Positions 1 to 9,674 of a DNA stretch of 64,000 bases are shown in pieces. Position numbers and translations under genes: made by a program. The notes under the pieces were generated by a model. The model had not been told where the DNA came from, ran no database searches, and saw nothing but the letters and a program-made list of their open reading frames with translations. Position 1 is the first letter of the stretch; every line of letters starts with the position of its first letter. This DNA comes from Sandaracinaceae bacterium (GTDB lineage Bacteria > Myxococcota_A > Polyangia > Polyangiales > JAFGIB01): the NCBI GenBank assembly GCA_017881055.1, contig JADGRF010000225.1:9486-73485 (forward strand), read 5' to 3'.

Positions 1-618
1 GCGGATCAAGGCCGCCAGGTGAGCCTGTCGTCGCTGCGACCCGATCGCCTGAACGACGCCTTCATCGGTGCGCTGAAGAAGGCCGGTGCACGGGCGATCA
101 CCACGGCGCTCGATGCTTCGAGCCAGCGTCTGCGCGATCGCATCGATCGCAAGGCCAAAGAAAAGCACTTCTTGAAGATCGCGGAGCTCGTGAAGGCGCA
201 CAGCCTGCACCATCTCAAGGTGTACATGATGGTCGGCTTGCCTGACGAAACCGACGCCGACATCGACGAGCTGATCCGCTTCGCCACCGAGCTGTCGCGG
301 ATCCATCCGCTGGCGATCGGCGTGAGCCCCTTCGTGGCCAAGCGCAACACGCCGCTCGATGGCTCACCCTTCGCAGGCATCGACGTGGTCGACGACCGGC
401 TCGATCGCTTGCGCCGTGGCCTCGCCGGTCGCGTCGATCTGCGCGCCACGAGCGCGCGCTGGGCCTTCATTGAATACGTGCTGGCGCAGGGCTCGCTCGC
501 CGAAGGCCGGGCGGTGCTCGACGCCGTGCACGCGGGCGGCAACTTCTCCGCGTACAAGAAAGCGTTCGCGGCGCTGCCCGCGGCGCGCTCACGGCGTGCC
601 CTGCGCATCGTCGCGTAA
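1..618 (+). CDS. radical SAM family protein, C-terminal part (5' end outside window)
   Basis: Frame is open from the window edge. The translation (LKVYMMVGLPDETDADIDELI, SPFVAKRNTPL) resembles the C-terminal half of B12-binding-type radical SAM enzymes. Convergent with the CHAD gene. Confidence 0.55.
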   Translation, partial: ADQGRQVSLSSLRPDRLNDAFIGALKKAGARAITTALDASSQRLRDRIDRKAKEKHFLKIAELVKAHSLHHLKVYMMVGLPDETDADIDELIRFATELSRIHPLAIGVSPFVAKRNTPLDGSPFAGIDVVDDRLDRLRRGLAGRVDLRATSARWAFIEYVLAQGSLAEGRAVLDAVHAGGNFSAYKKAFAALPAARSRRALRIVA

Positions 619-657
619 GCTGGAAACAGGTTCGGCGGGGCCCGAAGGCCGCATGAA

Positions 658-1452
658 CTAGACGACCGGTGTGCCGGCCAAGCGCTTTCGCGCCTTCTTC
701 GCCGCACGCAGCGCCTGCCCACGGCGCTCCGCAAGCGCGACTTCGAGCGCGCCTCGCTGGGCCTTGGGGATCGTCTGGAGGCTGCCGACGGCGGCGCGGG
801 TCAAATCGACGTCACGCAGGTCGCCGAGCGTCCGCTGCAGGCGATCGATGTTACGCGCGAAGCGACGCTCGGACTTGGTCAGGTACGGCGCGAGCAGCTC
901 GATCGTATAGCGCAGCCTGCGCAAGCTCACACGATACTCGTGCCGGAGCTCCGGCTCGGCCTCGAGGCCAACGGCATGATCGCGCGCTCGCAGCGTGGCC
1001 GCTCGCACGGCGCGAGCCACGAAGCGCTTCCTCGCCTCGCTGCGGCGGGGCTCTGCGTCGAGCACGCGCGTCATGCGCGCATCGATCTTCGCGATCACCG
1101 CGCTTCGGTCGTGCGCGCGCGGGCGCACGGTATCCCGCGTGCGCGCCTGCCATGCGGCGAGAACCCGCCTCGGTGCCTCGATGGCAAGCAGCCCGTTCAC
1201 GACGACGTCGCGGTCGCGATGACGCCCAGTCGTGCGGTACTCGCGCTTGACCAGGTCCTGGACCGGCACGAGCGCGGCCTTCCCCCACGCGCGTCGGCTC
1301 AGGCGCAGCGCCACGCGTAGCTTGCGCAGCACGACCCGATAGTCGTGCAGCGCCTCGGCGTCGCCATCGTGATCTACACGGCCGGCAACGTGGCCGAGCT
1401 GCGTGAGCAGGCCGTGCACGAGCGTTCGGATGAGGGTTTCGCTTCGAGTCAC
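658..1452 (-). CDS. CHAD domain-containing protein
   Basis: 264 aa, Arg-rich helical protein with two repeated CHAD-type motifs (LHDYRVVLRKLRVALRL and RHEYRVSLRRLRYTIELL). Lies 25 nt downstream of ppx on the same strand. Confidence 0.75.
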   Translation of the reverse strand: MTRSETLIRTLVHGLLTQLGHVAGRVDHDGDAEALHDYRVVLRKLRVALRLSRRAWGKAALVPVQDLVKREYRTTGRHRDRDVVVNGLLAIEAPRRVLAAWQARTRDTVRPRAHDRSAVIAKIDARMTRVLDAEPRRSEARKRFVARAVRAATLRARDHAVGLEAEPELRHEYRVSLRRLRYTIELLAPYLTKSERRFARNIDRLQRTLGDLRDVDLTRAAVGSLQTIPKAQRGALEVALAERRGQALRAAKKARKRLAGTPVV

Positions 1453-1477
1453 GGCTTTGCTCCGATCGCGATACGCC

Positions 1478-2992
1478 TCAGCCGGCCATCGCCGGGACCC
1501 TGAGCTCGAAGCTTCCGGCAGCCAGGAACGCGGCCTCTTCCTGCAAGTCGGCCTGGGTGAGCGGATGCGCCTCGAGCCAGCCCGCTGGGAAGCGTACTTC
1601 GAGGCAGCGACGAGTGCCCGCCACGGTCACATCGGCCACGTCGGTCCGGCTGCGATGCAAGAGCACCGCGAGCCGCAGCAGCACCGCCAGGTGCTCGACG
1701 CGACGTGCACTGGCGGGCAGGCTCTTCCACAGACTGCCCAGAAACTTTCGGCGATGCGCACGCACCAGCACCGAGAGCACACGCTGCTCCTGCTTCGAGA
1801 AGCCCGGCATGTCGGAGTTCTCGAGCACGTACGCGCCGTGCTTGTGATAGTGGCTGTGCGCGATGTCGAGACCGATCTCGTGCAAGCGCGCAGCCCACGA
1901 TCCGAGCTCGAGCAAGCGCTGTAGCGGCAAGCGCCAGCTCTCGACCACCTGCGGGATGAGCCGCAGCAGCGTGGCCTCGACGCGCTGGGCTTGCTCTTTG
2001 TCCACGTGGTAGCGCTCCATCAGCGCGTTCACGGTCTCGCTGCGCACGTCGCGATGCAGCACGCGGCCGAGCAAGTCGTTCAGCACGCCTTCGCGCAGCG
2101 CGCTGTCGCTGACATCCATCTCGTCGATCTCGAGGCTCTCGAAGATCGCCGACAGCACCGCCACGCCGCCGGGGAACACCGGCGCCCGCACGCGAGCCAG
2201 GCCAGGCAGCTCCAGGCGCTCGATGCTGCCGGCGTCCACGATCGCGGTGCGCAGCTTCTTGAGCGACGCCCGCGTGATGCCGCGCTGACTGAAGCCCGCT
2301 TCCCGGACGACACGCGCCACCGCGCGGATCGTGCCCGAGGCGCCGATCGCAATCTGCCAGCCCAAGCGCCGGAAGCGCTTCTCGATGCGCTCCAGCTCCT
2401 GCAGCGCCGTGACTTCCGCGCGCCGGAAGCGCTTCGCGGTCAGCTTCCCGTCGTCGAAGTGGCGCCGCATCATCGTGACGCAGCCCATGTACAAGCTCTC
2501 GAGATCGAGCGGCGAGAAGTGCTGGCCGATTACCAGCTCGGTGCTGCCGCCGCCGATGTCCACCACCAGGCGCCGCTCGTCCTTCGGACCGAGACCGTGC
2601 GCGACTCCGGAGTAGATCAGGCGCGCCTCTTCGATGCCGCTGATGATCTCGATCGGCTGACCGAGCGCTTGCTCTGCGCGCTCCAGGAATTCTTCGCTGT
2701 TCTTGGCCACGCGCAGCGTGTTGGTCCCGACGACGCGCACGCTCGCCTGCGGCAGCTGACGTATGCGCTGACCCATGCGCTCGAGGCACGCGAGCGCGCG
2801 AAGCTGCGCCTCGGCGCTGAGCCTACGGGCGTCGTTGAGGCCGGCGCCGAGCTGAACCATTTCCTTCATGCGATCGACGATCACCAGCTCGCCGTCGACC
2901 ACCCGCGCCACCACCATGTGGAAGCTGTTGGAGCCGAGGTCGATGGCCGCGAGGGTCTGCGCAGCGGGCCGACTTGAGGTTGCGGTTGTCAT
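1478..2992 (-). CDS. ppx: exopolyphosphatase, Ppx/GppA family
   Basis: N-terminal ASKHA motif AAIDLGSNSFHMVVARV and C-terminal HD-like region (HSHYHKHGAYVLEN). Start chosen at the ATG at 2992, which forms an ATGA overlap with the sixA stop. The ORF itself is open to 3028. Confidence 0.85.
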   Translation of the reverse strand: MTTATSSRPAAQTLAAIDLGSNSFHMVVARVVDGELVIVDRMKEMVQLGAGLNDARRLSAEAQLRALACLERMGQRIRQLPQASVRVVGTNTLRVAKNSEEFLERAEQALGQPIEIISGIEEARLIYSGVAHGLGPKDERRLVVDIGGGSTELVIGQHFSPLDLESLYMGCVTMMRRHFDDGKLTAKRFRRAEVTALQELERIEKRFRRLGWQIAIGASGTIRAVARVVREAGFSQRGITRASLKKLRTAIVDAGSIERLELPGLARVRAPVFPGGVAVLSAIFESLEIDEMDVSDSALREGVLNDLLGRVLHRDVRSETVNALMERYHVDKEQAQRVEATLLRLIPQVVESWRLPLQRLLELGSWAARLHEIGLDIAHSHYHKHGAYVLENSDMPGFSKQEQRVLSVLVRAHRRKFLGSLWKSLPASARRVEHLAVLLRLAVLLHRSRTDVADVTVAGTRRCLEVRFPAGWLEAHPLTQADLQEEAAFLAAGSFELRVPAMAG

Positions 2993-3504
2993 CCGAGACT
3001 TCGCAATACAGCAGGAGGAAGCAGCCAAATCAAACGGCCCGCGCTCGGTCCGGGAACACGATCGAAGTGCAACAGCGCGACGCCGCCCTTTTGCAGCTCG
3101 ACGAAGCTGCGCGCCACGCCGGTCAGCCAGAACGCCAAGAGGCAGCCTAGCTGGGGCTCGTGCCCGACCACAGCCACCGTGGATCCGGCGTCGCGACGCG
3201 CGAGCAGCGCCGTGAGCTCGGTGGGATCGGCGTCGGGCAAGAGCGCGGCGGTCTGCACGCGCTCGAGCTCGGCGTAGCCTTCCTCGTAGACCTTGCTCAG
3301 GATCTCGGCGGTCTCGACGGCGCGCCGCAACGGGCTGGTGAACAGCTCGCTCAGCTCCGGCGCACGTTCACACAGGCCACGCGCCGCCTGCTTCATGCGC
3401 GAGCGGCCCTTGTCGGTCAGCGGTCGGTCGCCGTCCGCCAGACCGCGAGTCTTGGCCTTGTCCCGGTCCATCGCGATGGCGTGACGCACGACCAGGACTT
3501 CCAT
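2989..3504 (-). CDS. sixA: SixA-like phosphohistidine phosphatase (histidine phosphatase superfamily)
   Basis: 171 aa. Has the N-terminal catalytic motif VVRHAIA, LTDKGRSRMKQAARGL and the later VVGHEPQL motif typical of SixA. Lies 3 nt downstream of ppk1. Confidence 0.7.
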   Translation of the reverse strand: MEVLVVRHAIAMDRDKAKTRGLADGDRPLTDKGRSRMKQAARGLCERAPELSELFTSPLRRAVETAEILSKVYEEGYAELERVQTAALLPDADPTELTALLARRDAGSTVAVVGHEPQLGCLLAFWLTGVARSFVELQKGGVALLHFDRVPGPSAGRLIWLLPPAVLRSLG

Positions 3505-3507
3505 CGC

Positions 3508-5682
3508 TCACTCCTCGCGCCAACCACCGCCCGCCGTCATCAAGTATTCCTGCGAATCGAACGGGGCTTCGCCAGCGGCCGGAACCCGTCGCCGATACGA
3601 CCCGTCGGGAAGCAACTCCCAACACTTCATCGTATCACGCAGCGACACGTCCAGGATGCTGTCACGCATCTTGGCGCGCAGCTTCGGGTCCTTCACGGGC
3701 ACCAGCACCTCCACGCGTCGGTCGAGGTTGCGCAGCATCATGTCGGCGCTGCCGATGAACAACTCTTCGTTGCCCCCGTTGCCGAAGTAGAACACGCGCG
3801 CGTGCTCCAGGAAACGACCCACGACCGAGGTCACCACGATGTTCTCGCTCAAGCCTGGAACGCCGGGGCGCAGACAACAGGTGCCGCGAACCTGCAGACG
3901 CACGTTCACACCCGCGGCCGACGCGCGGTACAGCGCGTCGATGATCTGATCATCCGAGAGCGAGTTGATCTTCCAGGCGATGTAGCCACCGGCGCCGGTC
4001 TTCTGCTGCTTGATCTCGCGCTCGATCAGCTCCAACACGCGCCCGCGCATCGACGCCGGTGCCACGACCAGCTCGTTGTAGTCCGTCTTGCCCGAGTACC
4101 CGGTCAGGCCGTTGAACAGATCGAGCACGTCGCGCGCGATGTCGAGGTTGCAGGTCAGAAGCCCGATGTCCGTGTACACGCGGCTGGTCACCGGATTGTA
4201 GTTGCCGGTGGACAGGTGCACGTACATGCGAATGTCGGCGCCTTCGCGGCGCACGACCAGCGTCATCTTCGCGTGCGTCTTCAGGCCCACGATGCCGTAG
4301 ACCACGTGCACGCCCGCTTGCTCCAGCTCCTGCGCCCAGACGATGTTGTGCTCTTCGTCGAAGCGCGCCTTGAGCTCGATCAGCGCAGCCACCTGCTTTT
4401 CGTTCTCGCGCGCTTCTTTCAAGAAGCGCACGACCGGCGAGGCGGGCCCGACGCGATACAGCGTCTGCTTGATCGCGATCACGTCGGGATCGCGCGCCGC
4501 CGTCGCCAGGAAATCGAGCACCGTGTCGAACGAGTCGTACGGGTGGTACAGGACGATGTCCTTGCGCGCGATCTGCTGAAAGATGTCTTCTTTCTGCGCC
4601 GGCTTGTGCCGAACCACCGGCGAGAACACCGGATACTTCAGGTGCGGAAGCTCCAGCGTCGTCAGCTGCGCTAGGTCGGCCAACCCGAGAGGACCCGAGG
4701 TCGTGTACACCTGATAGGGCGCAAGCTCTAGATTGACGGTGAGAATGTCGCGAATGCGGTCGGGCATCTGCCCGCCGATCTCGAGGCGCACCACGCGCCC
4801 GAAGTGGCGCCGCCCGACTTGATCCGAAACTGCCGTCAGCAGGTCGCTCGCTTCGTCTTCGCCAATCTCGGCGTCGGCATCGCGCGTCACGCGGAACGGA
4901 TACGACGCCACGATCTCCATCTTTGGAAACAGCAAGTCGAGATTCGCCGCGATCACCTCCTCGAGCCACACGAAGTTCGGCTCAGTGATGTTCTGCAGAC
5001 CAAGCGCTTCGTAGCTGTCGGCTTTTTCTTCGTCCGGAATGCGCACCAGGCGCGGCAAGCTCACCGGCGCTCTGAGCCTCGCGAAGCGTTCGGTTTGAGT
5101 CGCGCCACCGCGCACGACCACGGCCAGGTTGATCGACAGGTTCGAGATGTGCGGAAACGGATGGCCGGGATCGAACGCCAACGGCGTGAGCGCAGGGAAG
5201 ATGAACTCCTTGAAGTGGCGACGCAGCAGGTTGCGCTGCTTCTTCTTCAGCTCGGCGTATTGAAGGATGCAGATGCCGGCCGCGCGCAGCTTCGCGCAGA
5301 GGCCCTCGGTCCAGAACGTGGTGCAGTGCTCGAGCGTCGGCAAGAGATCGCGCCGAATCGCCGCCAGCTGCTCACCCGGCGTGTGACCGTCCGACGAGCG
5401 CTCGGCCGCAGCCGCGGCCATCTGTGTGCGCAGCCCGGACACGCGAATCATGAAGAACTCGTCGAGGTTGCTGCCGAAGATCGACAGGAATCGCACGCGC
5501 TCCAGAAGTGGCAGGCTCTCGTCGAACGCTTCAGCCAACACGCGCCGATTGAAGCGCAACCAACTCAGCTCGCGGTTGATGAACCGCGACGCCGGATCGT
5601 GCGTGTCTTTTTCCTCGCCCTTCGACGCCGGGATCACCGAAGCTTGCGGAGTCACGGTTTGTTCCGGCGCGCCGTCGTCCAT
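3508..5682 (-). CDS. ppk: polyphosphate kinase 1
   Basis: 724 aa, colinear with PPK1 (FINRELSWLRFNRRVLAEA, LDEFFMIRV, KTHAKMTLVVRRE, two PLD-like C-terminal domains). Confidence 0.95.
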   Translation of the reverse strand: MDDGAPEQTVTPQASVIPASKGEEKDTHDPASRFINRELSWLRFNRRVLAEAFDESLPLLERVRFLSIFGSNLDEFFMIRVSGLRTQMAAAAAERSSDGHTPGEQLAAIRRDLLPTLEHCTTFWTEGLCAKLRAAGICILQYAELKKKQRNLLRRHFKEFIFPALTPLAFDPGHPFPHISNLSINLAVVVRGGATQTERFARLRAPVSLPRLVRIPDEEKADSYEALGLQNITEPNFVWLEEVIAANLDLLFPKMEIVASYPFRVTRDADAEIGEDEASDLLTAVSDQVGRRHFGRVVRLEIGGQMPDRIRDILTVNLELAPYQVYTTSGPLGLADLAQLTTLELPHLKYPVFSPVVRHKPAQKEDIFQQIARKDIVLYHPYDSFDTVLDFLATAARDPDVIAIKQTLYRVGPASPVVRFLKEARENEKQVAALIELKARFDEEHNIVWAQELEQAGVHVVYGIVGLKTHAKMTLVVRREGADIRMYVHLSTGNYNPVTSRVYTDIGLLTCNLDIARDVLDLFNGLTGYSGKTDYNELVVAPASMRGRVLELIEREIKQQKTGAGGYIAWKINSLSDDQIIDALYRASAAGVNVRLQVRGTCCLRPGVPGLSENIVVTSVVGRFLEHARVFYFGNGGNEELFIGSADMMLRNLDRRVEVLVPVKDPKLRAKMRDSILDVSLRDTMKCWELLPDGSYRRRVPAAGEAPFDSQEYLMTAGGGWREE

Positions 5683-5795
5683 TGGGGGGAACGATTAGAC
5701 GTCACCTGGGCGGCTAAAGAATGGCGGTTACGTGACAATTTGAACCACGGACGACGATTTATCAATACCACGAAGCGCGCGGGCAGGAGCCAGAC

Positions 5796-7274
5796 ATGTT
5801 CGAAGCAGCCGAGCTTGGACACAAGATCGACAAAGCCACGTACCGACGACGGCTACCGAAGCTGCGCGAGGCGCTGCTGAGCGCGCAGTCCGAGCTACGC
5901 GAGCTCGGCACGTTCCCGGTCGTGATTCTGGTTTCCGGTGTCGACGGCGCGGGCAAGGGCGAAACCGTGAACCTGCTCAACGAATGGATGGATCCGCGCG
6001 CCATCCACACCCACGCCTTCAACCAGCGCACGAACGACGAGCTGCAGCGGCCCCCGATGTACCGGTTCTGGCGCAAGCTCCCGCCCAAGGGCAGCATCGG
6101 GATCCTGTTCGGCTCCTGGTACACCGACCCGATCGTGGACCGCGTGATGCGGCGCAGCACCACCGAAATGCTCGATCAGTCGATCGGCGAGATCAACCGC
6201 TTCGAGAAGATGCTGATCGACGAGGGTGCGCTGCTGATCAAGCTGTGGTTCCACCTGTCGAAGCAGAAGCAGGAAAAGCGCCTGCGCGAGCTGGAAGAGG
6301 ATCCCGGCACGCGCTGGCGCGTCACCAAGCACGACTGGAAGGCGTTCGCCAAGTACGATCGCTTCCGTCGCTGGTCCGAGCGTACGCTGCGCCAAACCAG
6401 CACGGGCGAAGCGCCGTGGGTGATCATCGAAGGCGCGGATCCCGAGTACCGCAGCATCACCGCAGGCGAGACGCTGCTCCACGCGCTCCGCAAGCGACTC
6501 GGTCAACGAAAGCCAAAGACATCGCTGCCCCGCGCGACACCACTGGCGCCGCCGATCGACGGAATACGCGTGCTCGATCGACTCGATCTCACGCTGCAGG
6601 TCTCGAAGACCACGTATGCCAAGCGCCTCGAGCACCTGCAGGGCAAGCTCGCCACGCTCTTCCGAGCCAAGGCGCTCCGCGATCGCACCATTCTCGTGGT
6701 GTTCGAAGGCAACGACGCCGCGGGCAAAGGTGGCAGCATACGGCGCGTCACGCAGGCGCTCGATGCGCGCTGGTACCACGTCGTACCGATCGCCGCGCCG
6801 ACCGAAGAGGAGCGCGCGCAACCGTACCTGTGGCGGTTCTACCGTCAGCTGCCTCATCGCGGGCGCATGACCCTGTTCGACCGCTCCTGGTACGGCCGGG
6901 TGCTGGTCGAGCGCGTCGAAGGCTTGTGCTCCGAAGCGGACTGGATGCGCGCCTACGGCGAGATCAACGACTTCGAAGACCAGCTCGTGCGCAGCGGTGC
7001 AATCATCACCAAGCTCTGGCTCGCGATCTCGAAAGAGGAGCAGGAGAAGCGCTTCGAGCAACGCCAGAAGATCGCGTACAAGCGCTTCAAGATCACGGCC
7101 GAAGATTGGCGCAATCGCAAGAAATGGAATGCCTACGCCGCCGCCGTGGACGACATGGTCGAGCGCACCAGCACCGATTTGGCCCCGTGGACGCTGATCG
7201 AAGCGAACGACAAGTACCACGCACGACTCAAGGTGCTAGAGACCCTGATCGCGGCGATCGAGCGGCGCAGCTGA
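5796..7274 (+). CDS. ppk2: two-domain PPK2 family polyphosphate:nucleotide phosphotransferase (PAP-like)
   Basis: 492 aa with two tandem PPK2 domains, each with a Walker A loop (SGVDGAGKGET and EGNDAAGKGGSI). Divergent from ppk1 across a 113-nt spacer. Confidence 0.9.
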   Translation: MFEAAELGHKIDKATYRRRLPKLREALLSAQSELRELGTFPVVILVSGVDGAGKGETVNLLNEWMDPRAIHTHAFNQRTNDELQRPPMYRFWRKLPPKGSIGILFGSWYTDPIVDRVMRRSTTEMLDQSIGEINRFEKMLIDEGALLIKLWFHLSKQKQEKRLRELEEDPGTRWRVTKHDWKAFAKYDRFRRWSERTLRQTSTGEAPWVIIEGADPEYRSITAGETLLHALRKRLGQRKPKTSLPRATPLAPPIDGIRVLDRLDLTLQVSKTTYAKRLEHLQGKLATLFRAKALRDRTILVVFEGNDAAGKGGSIRRVTQALDARWYHVVPIAAPTEEERAQPYLWRFYRQLPHRGRMTLFDRSWYGRVLVERVEGLCSEADWMRAYGEINDFEDQLVRSGAIITKLWLAISKEEQEKRFEQRQKIAYKRFKITAEDWRNRKKWNAYAAAVDDMVERTSTDLAPWTLIEANDKYHARLKVLETLIAAIERRS

Positions 7275-7281
7275 CACGGCG

Positions 7282-8184
7282 CTACTTGGCCGGGGCTGGC
7301 GTCGTGGCCGGGGTCGGGGTCGTGGCGGTCGGCGTCACGGGCCCGTTCGCCGTGCCCTGCGCTGCGGGTGCGCCCGCGAGCGGCCCGATCACGAAGTCGA
7401 GCGTCTTCTGCTCGCCGCTCTCCACGCGCACGCTCTGCTCTTGCGCGTCGAACAGCGGGTGCCACGCGTTCACGTGTACCGTTTCGTCCGCGGGGAAGCC
7501 CTCGATCTTGAAATTCCCCTGCTCGTCGGTCACGGCGTACAGCGGATGCAACATGACCACGACGTCGGTACGACCACACGGCGCGGTGAAGCCGCACAGG
7601 AGCGCGCTCACGCCCTGCTTGTCGAGCGGGATGTCGTCGGTCTGCGTGGGCATCAGCGTCTCGATGAGCGAGGTGGCGCCGAGCGCAGGCATGAAGGGGA
7701 AGTTCACCTCGTTGCGCACGCGCAGGGTGTCGCCCTTCATGCCGACCACGAACCGCGGCGTCAGCCGGCAGTCTTTGATCGTGACCTCGTGAACCTCCGG
7801 GGCGCGCTCCGGGTTCTTCGAGAAGTCGCTGGCGGTCACCATCACGCCGATCAGCTTGCCATCCGGCGTCATGCGCACCGGTACGCGATCGGTCTGCTTG
7901 GGCGGCGAGCACACGGTCGGGAACGTGCCGCGTTCGATGTGCGTGAGCACCTTGCGTTCCATTGCCTCGGGCGGATACGCCGGCAGCGACTGGCCGGGAG
8001 CAAGCCGCACACTGCCGATCAGCACGCCAAGCTTCTTTGCGGCCGAAGCGGCTGCAGCTGGCGGCGGCAGCGATGTGCTCTTGTCTCCGCCCGAAGCTGC
8101 GGGCGCGGGCTCGCAACCACGACAGCCTGCAAACGAAAGGCCAACCAACAGACACACGAACACGGCGTTGCGCATGGTCTTCAC
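7282..8184 (-). CDS. lipoprotein with carboxypeptidase-regulatory-like beta-sandwich, last gene of the nuo transcription unit
   Basis: Signal peptide plus lipobox (LLVGLSFAGC). C-terminal GNFKIEGFPADETVHVNAW-type motif. A GTG at 8184 overlaps the nuoN stop (GTGA); an alternative ATG lies at 8175. Confidence 0.6.
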   Translation of the reverse strand: MKTMRNAVFVCLLVGLSFAGCRGCEPAPAASGGDKSTSLPPPAAAASAAKKLGVLIGSVRLAPGQSLPAYPPEAMERKVLTHIERGTFPTVCSPPKQTDRVPVRMTPDGKLIGVMVTASDFSKNPERAPEVHEVTIKDCRLTPRFVVGMKGDTLRVRNEVNFPFMPALGATSLIETLMPTQTDDIPLDKQGVSALLCGFTAPCGRTDVVVMLHPLYAVTDEQGNFKIEGFPADETVHVNAWHPLFDAQEQSVRVESGEQKTLDFVIGPLAGAPAAQGTANGPVTPTATTPTPATTPAPAK

Positions 8185-9674
8185 CCGAGCTTCGTGGCGG
8201 CGGCGAGCGCGATGTCGATGTAGTGCGCGGGCGTGATGCCCATCTTCAGCACGAAGTAGCCGGAGAGCACGAGCGCCAGCACCACGTAACCGGAGCGCAG
8301 CGGCACCGCGATCGGCGCGCCGGGCTCGGGCGCCTTCATGAACAGGTAGACCACCACGCGCAGGTAGTAGTACGCGCCGATCACGCTGCTGAGCACGCCG
8401 AGAATCACGAGCCAGAGCAGCGAGTCGTCAGCTGCCAAGGCCGCGCTGAACACGTACCACTTGCCGAGAAAGCCCGCGGTAGGCGGAAAACCCATCAACG
8501 AGAGCACGCCGATGACGAACGGCAGCGCGATCAGCGGGTGGCGACGGCCGGCGCCGGCGAGATCCTCGTAGCTGACCGCTTCCTTGGCGTACGTGCCGAG
8601 CGCGATCAACGAGCCGAACGTGAGCACGTTCGAGACGGTGTACGCGGCGAGGTAGAACATCACGGCGCTTACTGCCGTGGCGCGCACCTCGGGGTCTTGT
8701 GAAGCGAGCGTCGCGAGGCCGACCATGATGTAGCCCGCGTGCGCGATCGACGAGTACGCCAGCATGCGCTTGACGTTCGCTTGCGTGGCGGCTGCGAGGT
8801 TTCCGATCACCATCGTGGCTGCGGCGAGCGCCGAGATGATGGCAGGCCAACCCGTCACGAGATTCGAGAGCGCTTCGCCGCCGAAGCAGGCGATCAGCAT
8901 GCGGATCAGCACCGCGAACGCGGCCGCCTTCACCACCACCGACATGAACGTGGTCGCGGGCGTGACCGCGCCTTCGTAGGCATCGGGCGTCCACATGTGG
9001 AACGGCACCGCGCTCACCTTGAACGCCAAGCCGATCAGCACGAGCACCATCCCGAGCAGCACGAAGCGCGCGCTGCTCGTGCCTTCGGCAATCGCTTTGC
9101 CGATGCCGTCGAAGTCGGTGTGACCGGTCGCTCCGTACAGCAGCGCCGCGCCGAACAGGAAAATCGCGGCGGCGAACGAGCCGAGCAGGAAGTACTTCAT
9201 GCCGCCCTCAGCGGCACGCGGGCTGCTACGACGGAAGGCCACCATGCAGTACACACCGAGCGACATGGTCTCCAAACCGATGAAGAGCGAGAGCAGGTCG
9301 GTCGAGGCCGACAGCACCATCGCGCCAAAAGCCGACAGCACCAGCAGCACGTAGAACTCACCCCGCTCGAGCGCATGCTCGCGCAAGTAGCCGCCCGCGA
9401 GCAGCGCAGACATACCTGCGCCAGTGCAGATGGTCGCGTTCATGAACTGGGCCATGGCCGAGGTCGCCAAGAACGGCGCAACGCCAGGAGGCGGCGCCGC
9501 GATACCCGTCTTGCTCGCGGCCAACACGCCGGAGATCGCCGCAGCGGCGAACAGGATCGTCGAGCTCAGCGTCGCGAGCTCCGCCTTCTCGTCCGAGAAC
9601 GCGTCGACCAACATCAGGATGAAGCCACCAATGCCCACGACGAGCAGCGGCATGAGCGGAACCAACGAGCTCAT
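8181..9674 (-). CDS. nuoN: NADH-quinone oxidoreductase subunit N
   Basis: 497 aa polytopic ND2/NuoN-like protein (KRMLAYSSIAHAGYIMVGL). 4-nt overlap with nuoM. Confidence 0.9.
   Translation of the reverse strand: MSSLVPLMPLLVVGIGGFILMLVDAFSDEKAELATLSSTILFAAAAISGVLAASKTGIAAPPPGVAPFLATSAMAQFMNATICTGAGMSALLAGGYLREHALERGEFYVLLVLSAFGAMVLSASTDLLSLFIGLETMSLGVYCMVAFRRSSPRAAEGGMKYFLLGSFAAAIFLFGAALLYGATGHTDFDGIGKAIAEGTSSARFVLLGMVLVLIGLAFKVSAVPFHMWTPDAYEGAVTPATTFMSVVVKAAAFAVLIRMLIACFGGEALSNLVTGWPAIISALAAATMVIGNLAAATQANVKRMLAYSSIAHAGYIMVGLATLASQDPEVRATAVSAVMFYLAAYTVSNVLTFGSLIALGTYAKEAVSYEDLAGAGRRHPLIALPFVIGVLSLMGFPPTAGFLGKWYVFSAALAADDSLLWLVILGVLSSVIGAYYYLRVVVYLFMKAPEPGAPIAVPLRSGYVVLALVLSGYFVLKMGITPAHYIDIALAAATKLG

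Noticed and set aside
3160-4674. 504-aa plus-strand ORF
   Set aside because: It is antisense to ppk1. The translation is Arg/His/Ala-rich low-complexity sequence typical of shadow ORFs in high-GC DNA, and ppk1 on the other strand has a full-length conserved sequence.
5683-5795. Pho-box-like regulatory site in the ppk1/ppk2 divergent spacer
   Set aside because: I could not find convincing direct repeats of a Pho-box type by eye. Only a weak gtgacaatttgaaccac dyad is present.
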